A DNA stretch of 64,000 bases, taken from the NCBI GenBank assembly GCA_964016885.1, contig OZ024743.1:377580001-377644000 (forward strand), read 5' to 3'. Shown one piece after another: positions 1 through 14,411 of the stretch; within the stretch, counting starts at the first letter, position 1; every line of letters begins with the position of its first letter. The notes under the pieces were generated by a model. That model saw nothing but the letters and a program-made list of their open reading frames with translations. It was not told where the DNA came from and did not search any database. The position numbers were made by a program, and so were the translations under genes. The DNA is from Eledone cirrhosa. Its lineage: Eukaryota.

Positions 1-1058
1 CTTTTTGCCGATGGACATCCCAATGTGGATCGCAGATCCCTTCATAGCTAACATCGACAATTTGGACGTTAAATTTCTGGAAGAATTCATTGAACTTCAA
101 GCAGATGACATGATCAAAATTAGATTTCCCAAAATAGGTGAATGCCTTTTTGGGATACAAGAGGAAATTCAGCGTTGATTTCCACACCTACATGCAGAGG
201 CTAAGAGATTTGCTCTGCCTTTTCCAAGCTCATACTTAGTCAAGAGGAGGTTTGGTGCTGTTTCCAGACTGCACAGTAAGTCTCGCAACCGCTACAGTGT
301 AATTACACGTGGAGATCTCTGGCTACATCTTAGGAAAATTCAGCCTCACGTCAAAGAGTTAGCTAGACTCCATGAAGCTCAAGGGTCCCATTGAAATGAG
401 GTCAAAATTAAAATAAGTTGATTTATCCGAAAACTTGGATATGCTATTGTTACAAAGCAAACTAACAATTTTTTTATTTGTAGTTGCAGTCTGACTGGAC
501 TGGAAACCATCTACTACAATTCACTTACTCATTTATTGTATATATTTTACCATTTACTAATAAATATACCGTCCCGCGTGGTCATGAAAACCCTCTTCCG
601 TGGTCTCTAAGCTCACAAAGCAGAGGGGACATCAAGTTAGATATCAACATTTATTCTGTCCGTTTCATTAAAGGGAAAATTGGCAAGCTTTGAAATGATA
701 TAATTGCCACTTTCTTCCAGATAAGAGCACTCTTTGGATAGACAGAGTTGCTCTTGTATAAATGTTCAAAATAGCTGGTATCGCCTGGTGGGAATATAAC
801 AAATTCAACTGGTCCTTATTCATAAAAAAAAACATTTAATGTTCCTTTTTTTGAAATTTATATATTTCCTTTCAAGGAATGTATTTATACTCTCAGCTGC
901 CTGCAATGGTATCTTTGGAATATTGTTAATCAATTTTTTAGTAATCTACTGATATCAAAATCAGTAGTATATTGAAAAATAGAAAAATAGGGTAGGGGCG
1001 TTTCGTGATTTCAAGGGACAAAAGGGGGCGTTTGGCCTAAATGGGTTGAGAACCTGTG
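1..1058 (+). mobile_element. hAT (Charlie/Buster-like) transposon relic, 3' part
   Basis: Disrupted frame WIADPF..EEFIELQAD..FW..FPHL..LPFPSSYLVKRRFG..SRNR..GDL..HEAQGSH* ending at 394 (hAT dimerisation domain). Terminus GGTTGAGAACCTGTG near 1058 resembles a Charlie TIR. Confidence 0.8.
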
Positions 1059-2352
1059 ATCTAGATGAAATGCAGTTTGGGTTTGTGTCAGGTAAAAGTA
1101 CCACAGACGCTCTTTTCCTTGTACGACAACTACAGGAGAAGTACCTAGCTAAAAGTAAACCCCTCTACTTAGCTTTTGTTGACTTGGAGAAAGCCTTTGA
1201 CCCCGCTCCATTATCTGGTGGGCTCTTAGAAAACTAGGTGTAGATGAATGGTTTGTGAGAGCTATACAAGCCATGTATAAAGAAACAGTCAGCAAGGTTA
1301 GAAGAAATTCCAAACATGGAAGCATGGCCTAGAATCAAAAGGCCTTAAAGTTAAATTGTCTAAGACTAAAGTTCTAGTATGTAGAAAGGAAAATAGGGCA
1401 CAGGTGCCCTCTGGGAATTGGCCAAGCTCAGTGTGTAGGAAAGGAGTAGGTAGAAATTCCATTTTATATCCCAAATGCAAACTATGGGTACATAAAAGAT
1501 GTAGTGGAATCACAGGTAAGCTTTCTAAGAACATAGATTTTATATGTGGCCAATACTCAGGTGCAATAAGTAGCAAGCGCCCACAGGATACTAGCTCCTT
1601 CTATTGCCCAGATGGCTCTATAGTAATAGGGGACACTTTCCATTACCTGGGTGACAAAATCAGCAGTGGTGGAGGGTGCTCTGAAAGTACAGTAGCCAGA
1701 ATCAGAACGGGATGGAAAAAGTTCAGAGAGCTCATACCGCTGTTGGCCACAAAAGGATTCTCTCTAAAAATGAAAGGCAGATTGTATGAGGCCTGTATAT
1801 GAACAGCAATGTTACATGGCAGTGAAACATGGGCATTGTGTGCAGAGGACCTGCGCAGACTGGAAAGGAACGAAGCATGTATGCTCCGTTGGATGTGTAA
1901 TAGTAATATACATGAATGGCAAAACATAAATGAACTAAGTGAGAAATTAGGAATAAGAGGGATCAGATGCTGTTTACTTGAGAGAAGACTACGTTGGTAT
2001 GCTCACGTGATGCGAATGAAAGATGACAGCTGTATAAAAAAGTGCTGGGCGATCAAAATTGATGGTAGTTTCGGAGTAGGTAGATCCAGAAAAACCCGGG
2101 ACGACATGATAAAATCTTATACCAGTTTCATGCTGTAATGTGGCCGTGTAGGTAACATGGTAAAAAGCTCCCAGTCCACACTGTAAATGTGGTTGGTGTT
2201 AGGAAGGGCATCCAGCTGTAGAAAACCTGCCAGACAGTCTTATACGAGCAACACACTGTCACCCGACCAATCTTGCCCCAAGTGGGACAATTCCCGTCAA
2301 ACCCATGCTAGCGTGGAAGATAGACGTTAAATGACAATGATGATGGTGATGA
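1059..2352 (+). mobile_element. RTE LINE fragment (same family as 54.4-57.8 kb), internally deleted
   Basis: DLDEMQFGFVSGKS..., PHD remnant, LHGSETW, (TGA)n tail. The QG/YADD segment is deleted at about 1300. Confidence 0.92.
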
Positions 2353-2749
2353 TATATATATATGGTATAAATCAAAGTTGTAGCCGCAGTAGAGCAGATA
2401 CTAATCGAAGATTTGTTTGAGGCAGTCACAAAGCACTCAATGGTGCACAAAGTTAATACATTCTTCGTCCAAAGTAAACACAAAGTTTAAAAAGTGTGAC
2501 ACTACAAATAAATCAACCAGATGTATATGGCCATAATGTATAACCAGAACAACAATAAATACATTCAGGTATATATATAAGGCATAACCATAAAACAATT
2601 GAACTGAGAAGGCTGTTAAACCCTCATATATCAGTATATGACAGTTGAGTCCATCATCTATATATATATATATATATAGATGCCCTTGCCTGCAAGCAGG
2701 GAAAAGCGGACGTAAAATGATGATGATGATGATGATATAGATGAATATG

Positions 2750-3627
2750 CATTGGCTCCTTACCTTTTTATCATCGCAGTGAATTATTGTATGTGCCTTG
2801 TGCTGGAGAAACACCAGGACTCTGGCTTTACTGTAACACCAGCTCAGAGCAGGAGAGTTAAGGTGAAAAAGATATTGGATGCTGAATTTGCCAACGACAT
2901 AGTTCTGGTGACAAACTCAGTGAAGGAGGCAGAGGAGTTGATGCAGGAGGTGAAGACTGTGTCAATGAGTGTGGGACTGAGAATGAATGAGATTAAGACG
3001 AAGTATCTGGTGGAGAATATTACTAATGTAGGTGGGAAGCCGCCTGAATTGGTTGAGGACTTCCTGTATCTGGGAGTAAAGATTGGGAATACAGAAGATG
3101 ATATAGTCGAGAGGAAGAACAAAGCCTGGGCGGTGTGCCACAGTTTGATATCAGTGTGGTAGTCGGACCTTCATAAAGACCTGAAAATCCGTCTCTTCAT
3201 TGCTGTAGTGGAGTCTGTGCTGCTGTATGGGTCTGAGACTTAGACACTGACCAAAAAATTCACTCAGATGGTGGATGGGTGCTACACGAGAATGCTGAGG
3301 ATGGCTCTGAACATTAATCAGTATACACTGAGGATGAAAAACTCAGAGCTGTACGGGAGCCTTCCAAACGTCAGCTCGAGAGTAGCACAGAGGAGGCTGA
3401 GGTTAGCTGGACATGCTCACCGTCAGCCAGAGTTGACACTGCACTCAGTGCTCCTGTGGGAGTCCCTGCATGGACACACTGGAAGAGGGAGACCGAGGTT
3501 AACATATATTGATGCCCTAAGGACAGACACTGGGCTCTTGGAGACGCAGGACATGGCAGCAATGATGAGGGACAGAGACCGCTGGAGAGAACTCTCGTCC
3601 ATGGATCTCGGGAATTTTACCCGCCCT

Positions 3628-3630
<3 letters not shown>
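2750..3630 (+). mobile_element. RTE LINE fragment of a second family (no PHD insert)
   Basis: LAPYLFII..AEFANDIVL..GLRMNEIKTK..VEDFLYLG..LLYGSET*..RRLRLAGH..GRGRP; contains stops. Confidence 0.85.
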
Positions 3631-3666
<36 letters not shown>

Positions 3667-4889
3667 TACATGTATTTATGCTTATATGTGTGTGTGCTTA
3701 CATTTACTGTTTGTGTGTCTCACAACATAGTAGTTTGATGAAAGAGATCAATAAAATAAAAACTGGGGTCAATATGATAAACTAAATCCCTTCTATGCAA
3801 TCCCAGCATGGCCACTTTCTAATGACTGAAATCAGTAAATGAATAAAAGAATAGGGTGCCAAAATTTGACTTGCTAGGTGTACCAACAACCATAGAACCG
3901 GCCGTGGCTAAGATTCCCTGCAAAAGATGTATATTGTACATATCTCATAATTCAACATCTGTTCTTTAAATGAGGTCACAAGAATTTTATTAGGTTTAAT
4001 ATTGGTGTAAGGGTCAACATTATCTTACCAGTGCTATATAAATTGTCTTAGTCTTGCATTTGAGTCACATCTGCATAAATATACCCTAATCCTAACCTAT
4101 AGAGGAAACGACTATGAAAGCCATAAATGGGAGGTAAAGGAGGGGAAAAGCAACATGAGTTTGATGGGCTGACACAGACTGGTCAGTAGTCAAGCAGAGC
4201 TACTAATTTTTTTTATAGCTGTAGACCTGCCTCTACAAAGGACATTTTATTATAGCAGCAACAATAGGGAGGTTAGATTTTCTAGATGCCCTTTCTATCA
4301 CCAGCCACATGTGTGTATGTATTTCATCAACTATAGAACTGGCCCTAGCTAATATTCCTTGCAAGACATGTATATTCTACATATGAGTCAGTCCGTATTG
4401 TTTGCCAATAAGAGAATACATACATTTCAAAAATATTATCATTATCTTAAAAACATAACTCTTCAGCTCAGTTTTCATGAAGTACCTCGATTTTCATGAA
4501 GTACCAATTGTCTACAGCAGGGAGTCAACAATCCTATTTGGAAGCAGGCCAAATTGGGAATGTTTTTATATTTTGCAGGTCAAGACAAACAAAAAATAAA
4601 ACTATGATCATATGCAAATAACTTTATGCTTTTTTGTGTTTTTAATACCATGTTTCTAATGAAAAACATTGCCTGTAATTTTCAAATAATTTTCAGAATA
4701 ATCAAGAATTTAAAGATTTAGTAATATAACCAACTTTCTCAGTTAGTGTTTGGAACATAACTTAACAAAGGTTCTTACATAAAATTATAATGGAAAGTTT
4801 TTAGATAAATATAAACACTTTAAAACAAATGGTTTTCTATCATAGTACAGTTGGTTTCAGGTGGTTTGTAACAAAGTACCAACAATAGT

Positions 4890-6440
4890 TTCAGGTGGTG
4901 AAAGAATGGTTGATGAGAGAAATGTAAGCCATATACAGAGGGGCTATCAGTAAAGTGAAAGTAGGAAGTGACTTTAGTGTGAAATTCAAGGTACAGGTAG
5001 GAGTCCATCAGGGTCTGGTTCTTACCCCACTGTTATTCATTATAATTCTCCAGGCCAAAACAGAGGAGTTTAAGACTGTAGCAAGCAATGGCACTATTTT
5101 ATCGCTGCGGAGTAATTTGGTCATACTTTGTCACTCGCCAGCCCTTAGGGTTAGTGGCATATGAATACAAAAGACAACTTCCGCCCAGCAGTTGTGTCGC
5201 GCCTTTTTTCAGTTCTAGCTAGCAGTTGCGCCTTGCCTTTCATCAACACCAGCAGCTCACAAATGGCTTTCCTGGTCGATTCACCATCTTTCAAAACTAC
5301 CTAGCAGTTGCACTTGGCATTTCGTCGACACCAACAGCTCGTAATGACTTCCCTACTCCTGTGACTTTGCTCTCTCTTACAATGAGAGTAGTTTCATTAT
5401 ACGGCTTTTAGGAGATTTACCGTAACCGACAACTTGGTTCCAAAGTACTTGCCTATAAGAGATTTGCCATTACATGTCAGCTTTGTTACACAAAATCTCT
5501 GTACCACTTCACACCTTTTGTAGATGCATTCACGTCAAGCAAAAATAAATCTTTATTATGTTTAACTACGCCTTCTGATCTGATCCTTCTACCAGGACTA
5601 AACATAAACATGCCGCCTTACATCCCTATCTTCTTTAAGGATATAATCTCCGCTACCAATACAGAATACAGCTAAAGCCATCTCGCTAAAAGACAGTCTT
5701 ATGCAGATGATCTACTCCTTATAGCTGAATTCATAAAAGAACTAGAGAATAAGTTCCGACTATGAAACAGAATTTGAAATTATAGGGCTGAGAGTAAACT
5801 TAGCCAAAACTAAAGTGCCAGTAAGTAGAAAAGAAAATAGGACCCCAATTCCTTCAGAGAAGTGACTCTGTTCAATATGTAGAACAGGAGTAGGCATAAA
5901 CTCCATATGATGTACACAATGTAAATCCTGGGTACACAAGCGATGTAGTGGGATAACAGGTAGACTAACAGGAAGGGAAGACTTTGTATGTAGAAGATGC
6001 ACAAGGATCGAAGGGAAGAGTGTCAGTGATATAAACCTTTTTTAATCACAGGAAGGATCCATAGAACTGGTTGATAGCTTCTGTTATCTAGGTGATTTAA
6101 TTAGCAGTAAATGAGGGTGCTCTGATAGCATAATAGCTAGAATAAGGATAAGATGGAAGAAGCTTAAAGAGCTACTCCCACTGTTGACCACAAAAGGTTT
6201 TTCCCTATGTACAAAAGGATGACTGTATGACGCCTGTGTGTGAAGTGCGATGCTGCATGGTAGTGTAACATGGGCTGTGACTGCAGAGGACATGCATAGA
6301 CTGGAGAGAAATGAAGCAACCATGCTTCATTGGATGTGCAATGTAAATGTGAGAGAAAGGCAGGGCTTGGTTAAGAGGAATCCGAAGTGGTATGCAAGAG
6401 AGAAGACTGTACTGGTACAGACATATGATGTACATGTATG
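4890..6440 (+). mobile_element. Old degenerate RTE LINE interrupted by a solo LTR
   Basis: VGVHQGLVLTPLLFIIILQA before 5077; YADD, PHD remnant and MLHGSVTW after 5690; many stops. Confidence 0.85.
5077..5690 (+). mobile_element. Solo LTR (614 bp, 4-bp TSD, Gypsy-like)
   Basis: Starts TGTAGCAAG, ends CTCGCTAAA (imperfect inverted termini, CA decayed). AGAC duplicated at 5073-76 and 5691-94. TATAA near 5454 and AATAAA near 5544. Splits RTE coding sequence. Confidence 0.7.
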
Positions 6441-7514
6441 ATTTACTTCGGTCTTCCTCCATTGCAGTTTCCATTCACTGGCATCACCTGGTACTTTTTC
6501 ACCCAGAGTTCTCATCCTTGTACATCACATGTAAACCTTTTTTAATATCACTGCAGATTTCTCTCTTGTCCTCTACATTTCATTCCTTATACTCGGTTTC
6601 TCTTTCAGCTCATGCTTTGCCATTCATACACATTAACATTACACATCCATCAAAGCATGCTCACTTCATTTCTCTTCAGCATTCGCATATCCTCTCTAAT
6701 TAATTACTGCCCATAAAAGAACTAAACCAAGCTAAGAGAGAGAGATTTTGATGGTATTCAATGAACTAGTCTACCTACGGGTTAAATTACCATGCAAGTG
6801 GCTGAGTATTCCATAGACATGTGTGTGGGTATACTGTATGTATACATCATGTAAATCAACAGCACTAGAGAGGTTGTCATGTCTTTGACACAGCTAACAA
6901 ATCCTTTCAACTCTAGTGTTGGTTTAACAGGTTTTCTGCAGCTGGATGCCATTCCTATCACCAAATTCTTTACATAATGAACCAGCTGTGTTTATCATGT
7001 AGACCAGGCATGTCAAACTGAGGGTTCCCTGTGGGCCACATGGGTCCCATATGTTTTGTCTGAGGGCCATACATGACAACTAATTGCGCACATTAGAACT
7101 AATTTTTTTAAATTTTATATTACAAAGATAAAACATGCTAGCGCTGTAAAAACCTTTGTGCAGGCCACCGCAGGTGTCCTTGTAAAAGGACGCATGTTTG
7201 ACCACCAAGACTAAGGTGGTTCTCATATCTTTGACATAATTAAAGAGACCTATTGTTTAGTAAGCTCTCTATGGCTCAATGCCCTTCCTAACACCAACCA
7301 CTTTACACAGTGTACTGAGTAGGATTAAATTAAAAACTGTAATGCAATCATAGTGCTGCTTTGTACTTTCCAAGAATATTTTGCTATTATGGTTTCATGT
7401 GATACAGAATGTTATGAGTTAATTTTTTTTTGTATTTTTTTTTTGGGGGGGGGTTTAATGCTGTAGTTGAGACTATTGTAGGATCATAAACTGTTGTCAT
7501 ATTTACAAAAATGA

Positions 7515-8020
7515 TACGTAATGGGGCCTACCCACAACCCCGGCGGACAGAATGGAGAAGGCGTTTCCCCAGAGGACGGCAAGGGAGACACGCTGGAAAA
7601 GCCACTCCAGCTCGCGGGGCTCACACCTGTGGCATCCCAGACGAGGGGTTTGCCACCGCGAAATGGGAAGATGGTCATGCCATCTGGCCTTTTGCCGTCC
7701 CCTCAATCCAGCCCCACCAGCTCGATCTGGGAAGAGAAGCCTGCAGCGTCCAAGCCATGCTTAATGACCTCGTTGAGGGCAGCATGGCATGGAATGCGCC
7801 CTGCACTATGGCGACAGGAAAGCGGGTGGAGGCTGAAAGACATTGGTGTGGCTGTTAGATCCGGAGGCCGAGCCTCAGGGAAACGCCGATGCGCAGGCTA
7901 TTGTTGTCTAGCTGCGTGCCAGTGGAGAAGGAGGGCAAGGCATGGAGCCAGGCACTACTGTGGGGTTTGGAGGCCGCACGAAAACAAGCAAGGTGGTGCT
8001 GGTCGAGCTGGCACGTGAGC
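7515..8020 (-). mobile_element. CRE-like non-LTR retrotransposon fragment (restriction-like endonuclease end)
   Basis: GC-rich island translating [67 protein letters not shown], with stops and deletions. Confidence 0.8.
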
Positions 8021-9025
8021 CTGTTGTAGTGAAGTCCAGGATGTTAAGAGTTAAATGAAGTGAAGTCAGCCATAGAGGAAATCATCAAACTGTAAAACAC
8101 TTTGACCCAGCAAGATGAATTGATCTAATGACTGATATAAAACCAGTAAAACAGTAAATCTACATTTTCTCCTTAATTTTATCTTTAACCCTTTCATTAC
8201 CATATTTATCAGGTAAGACGCTGTCTCTGACTTACAAATAATTTTGAAAATGATCAAGAATTTGGAAGGATTTAGTAGTATAACTAACTTTCTCATCATT
8301 AAGCTGGTATTTAGAACATAACTTAACAACGGTTCTTACATGGAAGGTTTTTAGATAGATATGAACATTTTCAAACAAATGGTTTTGTATAGAAGAAACA
8401 GTCCAAGGTTCAAGCAATGTGGTATGAAAATGGTTAAAGATTATATCTCATTGTTAACTGTCTCAATTTAAAAGCACTGAAATCATATTTAGGTTCTGTT
8501 TTCATTTCCAGAGATGTCTGCATTCCATGCCAGTGATATTACACAATTGTTTTCAAAAGCTCATCCACAAAATTCACAAGGAAAACTTAATAGACCACCA
8601 AATATAAATTTACTTTTAATTGCAACGTAATAAATAAAACACACCAAGGACTACCAAAACTTTGATGTAGACCATTACTGATTTAACTAAATAATGTTGG
8701 ACATCACCATTCTATGTAAAATTCGATGCATGCTTTTCCTCCTCCTCATCATTTAATGTCGATTTTCCATGCTAGCCTTTCTACTAAATGAAATCAGATT
8801 TTCTAGAAAATAATCTTGATATTTGAAAAATATATTCTAAAATATCAACATTCTCCAGAGTTGTACCTGCTTTTCAAATGATTTGATATGAAAATATGTG
8901 TTGAAACTAAAACAATTAAATCACGGAAAAACCATTTTAGCTATTCAAGAAACAAACAAAAAACCCTATAAAATTGACTCTACATTTACTATCTATATTT
9001 CAGTGCAAAATATTGTATAAATATT

Positions 9026-9178
9026 GCATCACGTGACCGTACCAACGTAGCCTTCTCTCGAGTAAACAACATCTGATCCCTCTTATTTCTAATTTTTTCC
9101 TTAGTTCGTTTATGCTTTGCCGTTCACGTATATTACTATTACACATCCAGCGGAGCATGCAAGCTTCGTTCCTCTCTA
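9026..9178 (-). mobile_element. Short internal piece of the young RTE family
   Basis: Near-identical reverse complement of about 57065-57218. Confidence 0.85.
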
Positions 9179-9359
9179 TTTAACATCTATTTTCCAGGCT
9201 TGCATAACGGGTTGTCACATTATGTGGCTAACCAGGCCAGATGATTATGTCATGTTCAAACAATCCAATTTTGGCTTTGTTTTCTAAGGCTGGATGCTTT
9301 TCCTAATGCCAACCCCATTACAGATTTTATAAACATTCTTCATGTCACCACCACTATGA

Positions 9360-9600
9360 CAGAGTGGATAAGGTGCTTTTTGTTGTGGTTCCAGCACAAC
9401 TAATTTACAGGGTGAACTGGGTACTTTTTGTTGTGACACCAGTATGACCACCTTACAGGGTGGACAGGGTGCTTTTTGTCATGGTACCAGTATGACCACA
9501 TTACAGGGTGGACTGGGTGCTTTTTGTCATGGTACCAGTATGACCACCTTACAGGATGGAATGGTTGCTTTTTGTCATGGTACCAGTATGACCACCTTAC
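9360..9600. repeat. 48-bp minisatellite (4-5 copies) related to RTE 3'UTR
   Basis: CCAGTATGACCAC recurs at 9439, 9487, 9535 and 9583. Confidence 0.9.
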
Positions 9601-12120
9601 AATGTAACAGATATTTTGATACCATGAAATAAATGATAAATGTAAAGTAAATTTAAGTTTATTTTTTTTAATGACTAAAATGATTTCCATAATGTAATAG
9701 GTCATAATGCTCCATTCATCATCATTTTCTCTACTAGCATGGGTTTGACATATCATCACAGACCGACCAATACTTAAATGGTGCTACAGACCCCTCAAAT
9801 GGGCTGAGGATCCGCATCTCATTTACATATGATCCCTCACTCTACAGAGTACATTTTATCATGGCACCAGCCCTAGGATTGTAGTCATGTCTTTGATACA
9901 GCTAAAGAGTTCTCCCCAGTCCTTATTAGATAAGGCATAGTTCCAAATAAAAAAAATTCTTTAAAACAAAAAGAGATATCATCTGATCTTGGGGTACCGT
10001 ATTTTTTCTTTTCATCTTTTTTTTTTTGTTTGGCTTTCTTTAATATCTTCATTTCTTACAGAAACCCTTTTTTCGCATTTCCAAACATTAATCATATATA
10101 TATATATATATATATATACATACATATATATATATCTAACAAAAGTTCAAATAAAACTCGTCAGCTCCACTGTTTTGGCACACACTGGATTTAGCAGTGT
10201 TCTTCACAGAAATTCTTTCTCTAGATTATTATTTTTTTCATTTTATTATTTTATCATCATCTCAAATTCATTTTATTTTCTTAGAATGACCCGAAATCTT
10301 TTTTTTTTTAATGTTATGTAGAACATGTAAGTTCATCTCTTGATCATTCATTTAGGTAACTTAGTACTGTCCATCCATTCTTGAGTATTTCATCATTTGA
10401 CTATTATTATTATTATATGATCATACATTAATGATATTTTTGGATGTTATAGCATTGCTTATTTTTGTGTATGTGTTTTTGTATTTTTTTTTTGTTATAT
10501 ATCTCTTCCTGTTTTACATTGGAAGTAAGTAAGCTAAAAGGTCAACTTTAGCTCAATACAATAGCAAAAAACACAATCTTTATTGGAAAATCTTTTTTTT
10601 TAAATTAGCAATAAAAACCCCAAACTCTTTTTTTTTCTTTTTAAATTATTTCGACAAGAAACAAATATATTATTTTTTTTTTGTTTTGTTTTAATTTTGA
10701 AATTCATCAAAGCTGCATCAGTTTTCAAAAAGATTGATTTGAAAGAACAAAAAGATACCATCAATAGAACAGTAGAATTCTTAAACATTTTGGCTGGTTT
10801 AAAAAAAAAATCTGTTTATAAACATCTCTCATTGGTGTTGTTGGGCAAGTTTTTTTTCTTTTTCCATTAGGTATGAGGGGAAAAATGTTAAAAGGTTAAC
10901 AGAAGAGAGACATGAAAATATTTATTTTCATATCAGGTGATTAAAAAATATAATACAAGGGCATGGCAGTGAGGTTTTCAAAGCTGAAAAAAAAAAGTTT
11001 ATTTTTTTAAATCTTTTTATGCAACTTTGTTGATAAGTAAGTTGGTCAGAAAAGTGAAATTGAAGTGTGATTTTTGCAACTTGAAATTCTTAGCAATAAG
11101 GAAATATAAACAAGGGAGCAGTCTAGTGTAAGAAAGACAGTTAAAGCATTGTGGATAGTGTAACTCCCGCATACACTTACACAGATAGGTAGATAAAGGG
11201 GACATTAGTGAGATGTTAGGCTTCTTGCCAGAACACATTGTGACAGACTTAACCCTTTTGATACCAAACCACCCCTGGTTCTATCATACAAAACTGTTTA
11301 TATTTATCTAAAATCATTCCATCATAATTCTGTGCAAGAACATTCATTAAGTTATGTTCCAAACACCAGCTCCATAATGAGAAAGTTAGTTATATAACTA
11401 AATCCCTCCAATTTCTCGATTATTTTCATTACATATATAGTAATGAAAGGGTTAAGAATTAGCTGTCTTAGAAAAACAATATTCAAAAATTGAAGACGTT
11501 TTGACATTCTTGTAGTGTCAACTTCACTCTGCAGAAAAAAAAAATGAAGAAAAAAAAAAACAAACAAAAAAATACAACTGTCACCAAAATTAACCAGTTG
11601 GATTTTTTTGAAAATGGTTGAATGGTTTTCAATTCTCAAACATTTCTGTAAGGTGGTCAATGATAGGAGAGAATCTGAAGTAATATCTGCATAAACTGCT
11701 ACATACATATATCCATTCTTCTGCCATATTGAAAACTATTCACTGCTCCCAGAAGATAATTCCCAATTCCATGTAGAATTATCTACAAATAGTCCTGTAT
11801 TGCTTCTTCTCTATATTAATCACCAATCACTATCAAAGTCACATTAGAAAACCTTTGATCATGCCAGTTCCATCTATTATTACGGTAAATATTTTATATA
11901 AACAGCCAGCATGTTGTTTTTGTGAAATACTGGGAATAACACCAGACTTAAGAATCATCTAGAATAAGTTTCATATTAAAATTTCAACACTAACCATTAC
12001 TTCAAGAAGAAAACAGCTCTTTGGTGAAAGGCAGTGTTCAGAATTGTGTTAATTTATTTTCAATTAAACCCCTAATTTCAGTTCCAAATAATTTTATTTG
12101 TATTATTATTTCATTTGGTT

Positions 12121-12161
<41 letters not shown>

Positions 12162-14411
12162 ATATATGCATATATAATTTGTTAATAATTTCTTATATTA
12201 AATTATTTCTAGAAGACATCCTTAAGATTTATTCTTCACATTGGCAAAAAGGATTCCAAATTTCTAGGAAAGAGGGATGGATGGAGAAGAAGAGGTATAG
12301 ACAGTTGTATTTACTGTATTTGTTTCTTAAAACCCACCCTGCTCAAGGAAATGAGAAACATCAGCTGTGGCAAGATTTGTTTTCAGAATGTACAATGAGA
12401 GAAACTAAATACTAAGAGGAATGAGTTTATTCTACAGCTACCATTTCTATCACTCCCATATTGTGACTATGCCACCCAAGGCACCTAAAGCAACACTATA
12501 GACAACTGCTGGTTTCCACTTATTTTGAGAAATTAAGAATGTAGAATTTCAAGGATAATAGATTAAATATTATTTTCAATAATATTTAATATTTAATAAC
12601 AATAGTTACAAATAATGGTTTCTGATTTAGACACAAGGCCAACAATTTTCGGTGGGAAGGGAATGTTGATTAAATCGACCCCAGCACGTTATTGGTACTT
12701 TATTTTATCGACTACGTAAGGATGAAAGGCAAAGTTAAACTTGGCGGGATTTGAACTCAGAATGTCAAGGGCCATAACAATGTCTGATGCTCTAATGACC
12801 AATTTTTCCCATCTCAATGGGTAATTTACCCAATTTTCTCAACTACTATTTATATAAATCAGGATGGAATCAGTTTGAAACTGGTTAGACCATTACTCAA
12901 CAGAGTACTCGATACTTGGGGTAGTAGAGTATGATTATATTGTAAAGATCTAGATTATCTGTTGAAATGGCAAGAGCTCAGCCGTCAGATCCTGAGTTTT
13001 TATAATAAATAAATAAATAAATATATATATATATATATATATAATATTTCCAGCTTTCCAACATTAACCTGTTGCATTTTTACAATGTCTTTTGTCTTAA
13101 TTCAGTCATAAGTCTGTTGTTTATTTCTAGTTGGAATATTTTTATGTATTTATCTCCGATTTGTCAAAAGACGTCCATAAATTTTCCTGTCCATTCTTTG
13201 TGATATTTTCTTATATGCATCTTACCAACTTAGCAGTTCCCCAATATCGTGTACAAATTGGCATTACACGTGCAATCTCACCTTAATGCACAAAATTGCA
13301 TGAAAGAAGGTGGCTGATGAGGTAAAAATGCAATTGTCTGTTCATTTTATGTTTGTGTATGCACCTGAACCCCCAGCCCTGACAATAAAAAAAACAAATT
13401 ACTCTAAAATGACATATCCTCATGAACATTCCAATGTTGGTTACTTGCAGAGGTAATATCAACAAAACAGAATGTTACTGATCTAAGGAGAGAATGGATT
13501 GGGCAGAGTGTGTGGTTTATAAATAGAACTAGAACTTTGCCTAAAGGAAGTACCAGTAATATACTGTGCATGATTCAATCAAATATAGTTCTCCCATACA
13601 AAAATTTATCTTGTGCCCTAATATGACAGAAATCGATATTTGAAATAAATAAATAAATTAAATAAATTAAGACAACCCCTAAATCCAAATAATGATCCTC
13701 ACTACTTCAAAAATTGTTTAAACTTATTCTTCAAAGCTTTTGATACCAACCTGCCTCATATAGCCCCTGGTTCTATCAAACTAAACCACCCATTTTAAAT
13801 TAAAATCTTCCACTATAATTTGATATAAGAACCTTTTGCTAAGTTACATTATAAATACCATATTAATGATCTTAGTAAATCCTTCAAGATTCTTAATTAA
13901 TTAAATAATTGAGATACAACGCATGTCATTAAAAATATGCTAACAAAAGGGGCTAAACTAGTGTCTATTATAGAAATAGAAAAATACAGATTAAGTTTCT
14001 AAGTTAATTACAGAAAATTAAATATGGGTTTAATTCAAATGTTTATAGTATCTTTATTAGTAGACAGACCATTGTGAAAATTTGCAACAAACAAATACTT
14101 TAATTCTTAATGTGATGCTGTCATAGTGGTGTTTTATACTTTTCAAGAATGTCTTGCTAATGTATTTCCATGTGGTAATTAAAATGGTTTCCTCAGACCT
14201 CATGCAGTTTAGAGAAGTTTCTTCAAAATCTACATGTCATTAGGTTTTGTTCTACCCTAATTCCCATCCTTTGCTCTCTTTAAATCAACAGTAACCCCAC
14301 CTTATCCTGCCACAGCTATCATCCAGTAATCAACATTTCTAGCAAATTTTCTCTGTTCTTCCTCATGTTTAAATTCCAACTACATAAACTTTATATCTAA
14401 TTTAGACTTGT

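Noticed and set aside
4412-4475. Minus-strand CTGAAGA...GAAA-TGTATG-TA hammerhead-like motif
   Set aside because: Stems I and II barely pair; compatible with chance.
7511-8018. Plus-strand GC-rich ORFs (115-165 aa)
   Set aside because: Antisense shadows of the CRE-like fragment.
13308-13385. TGATGA...CTGA suggesting a C/D snoRNA
   Set aside because: Short, weak terminal stem, no recognisable guide, and no host gene on that strand.
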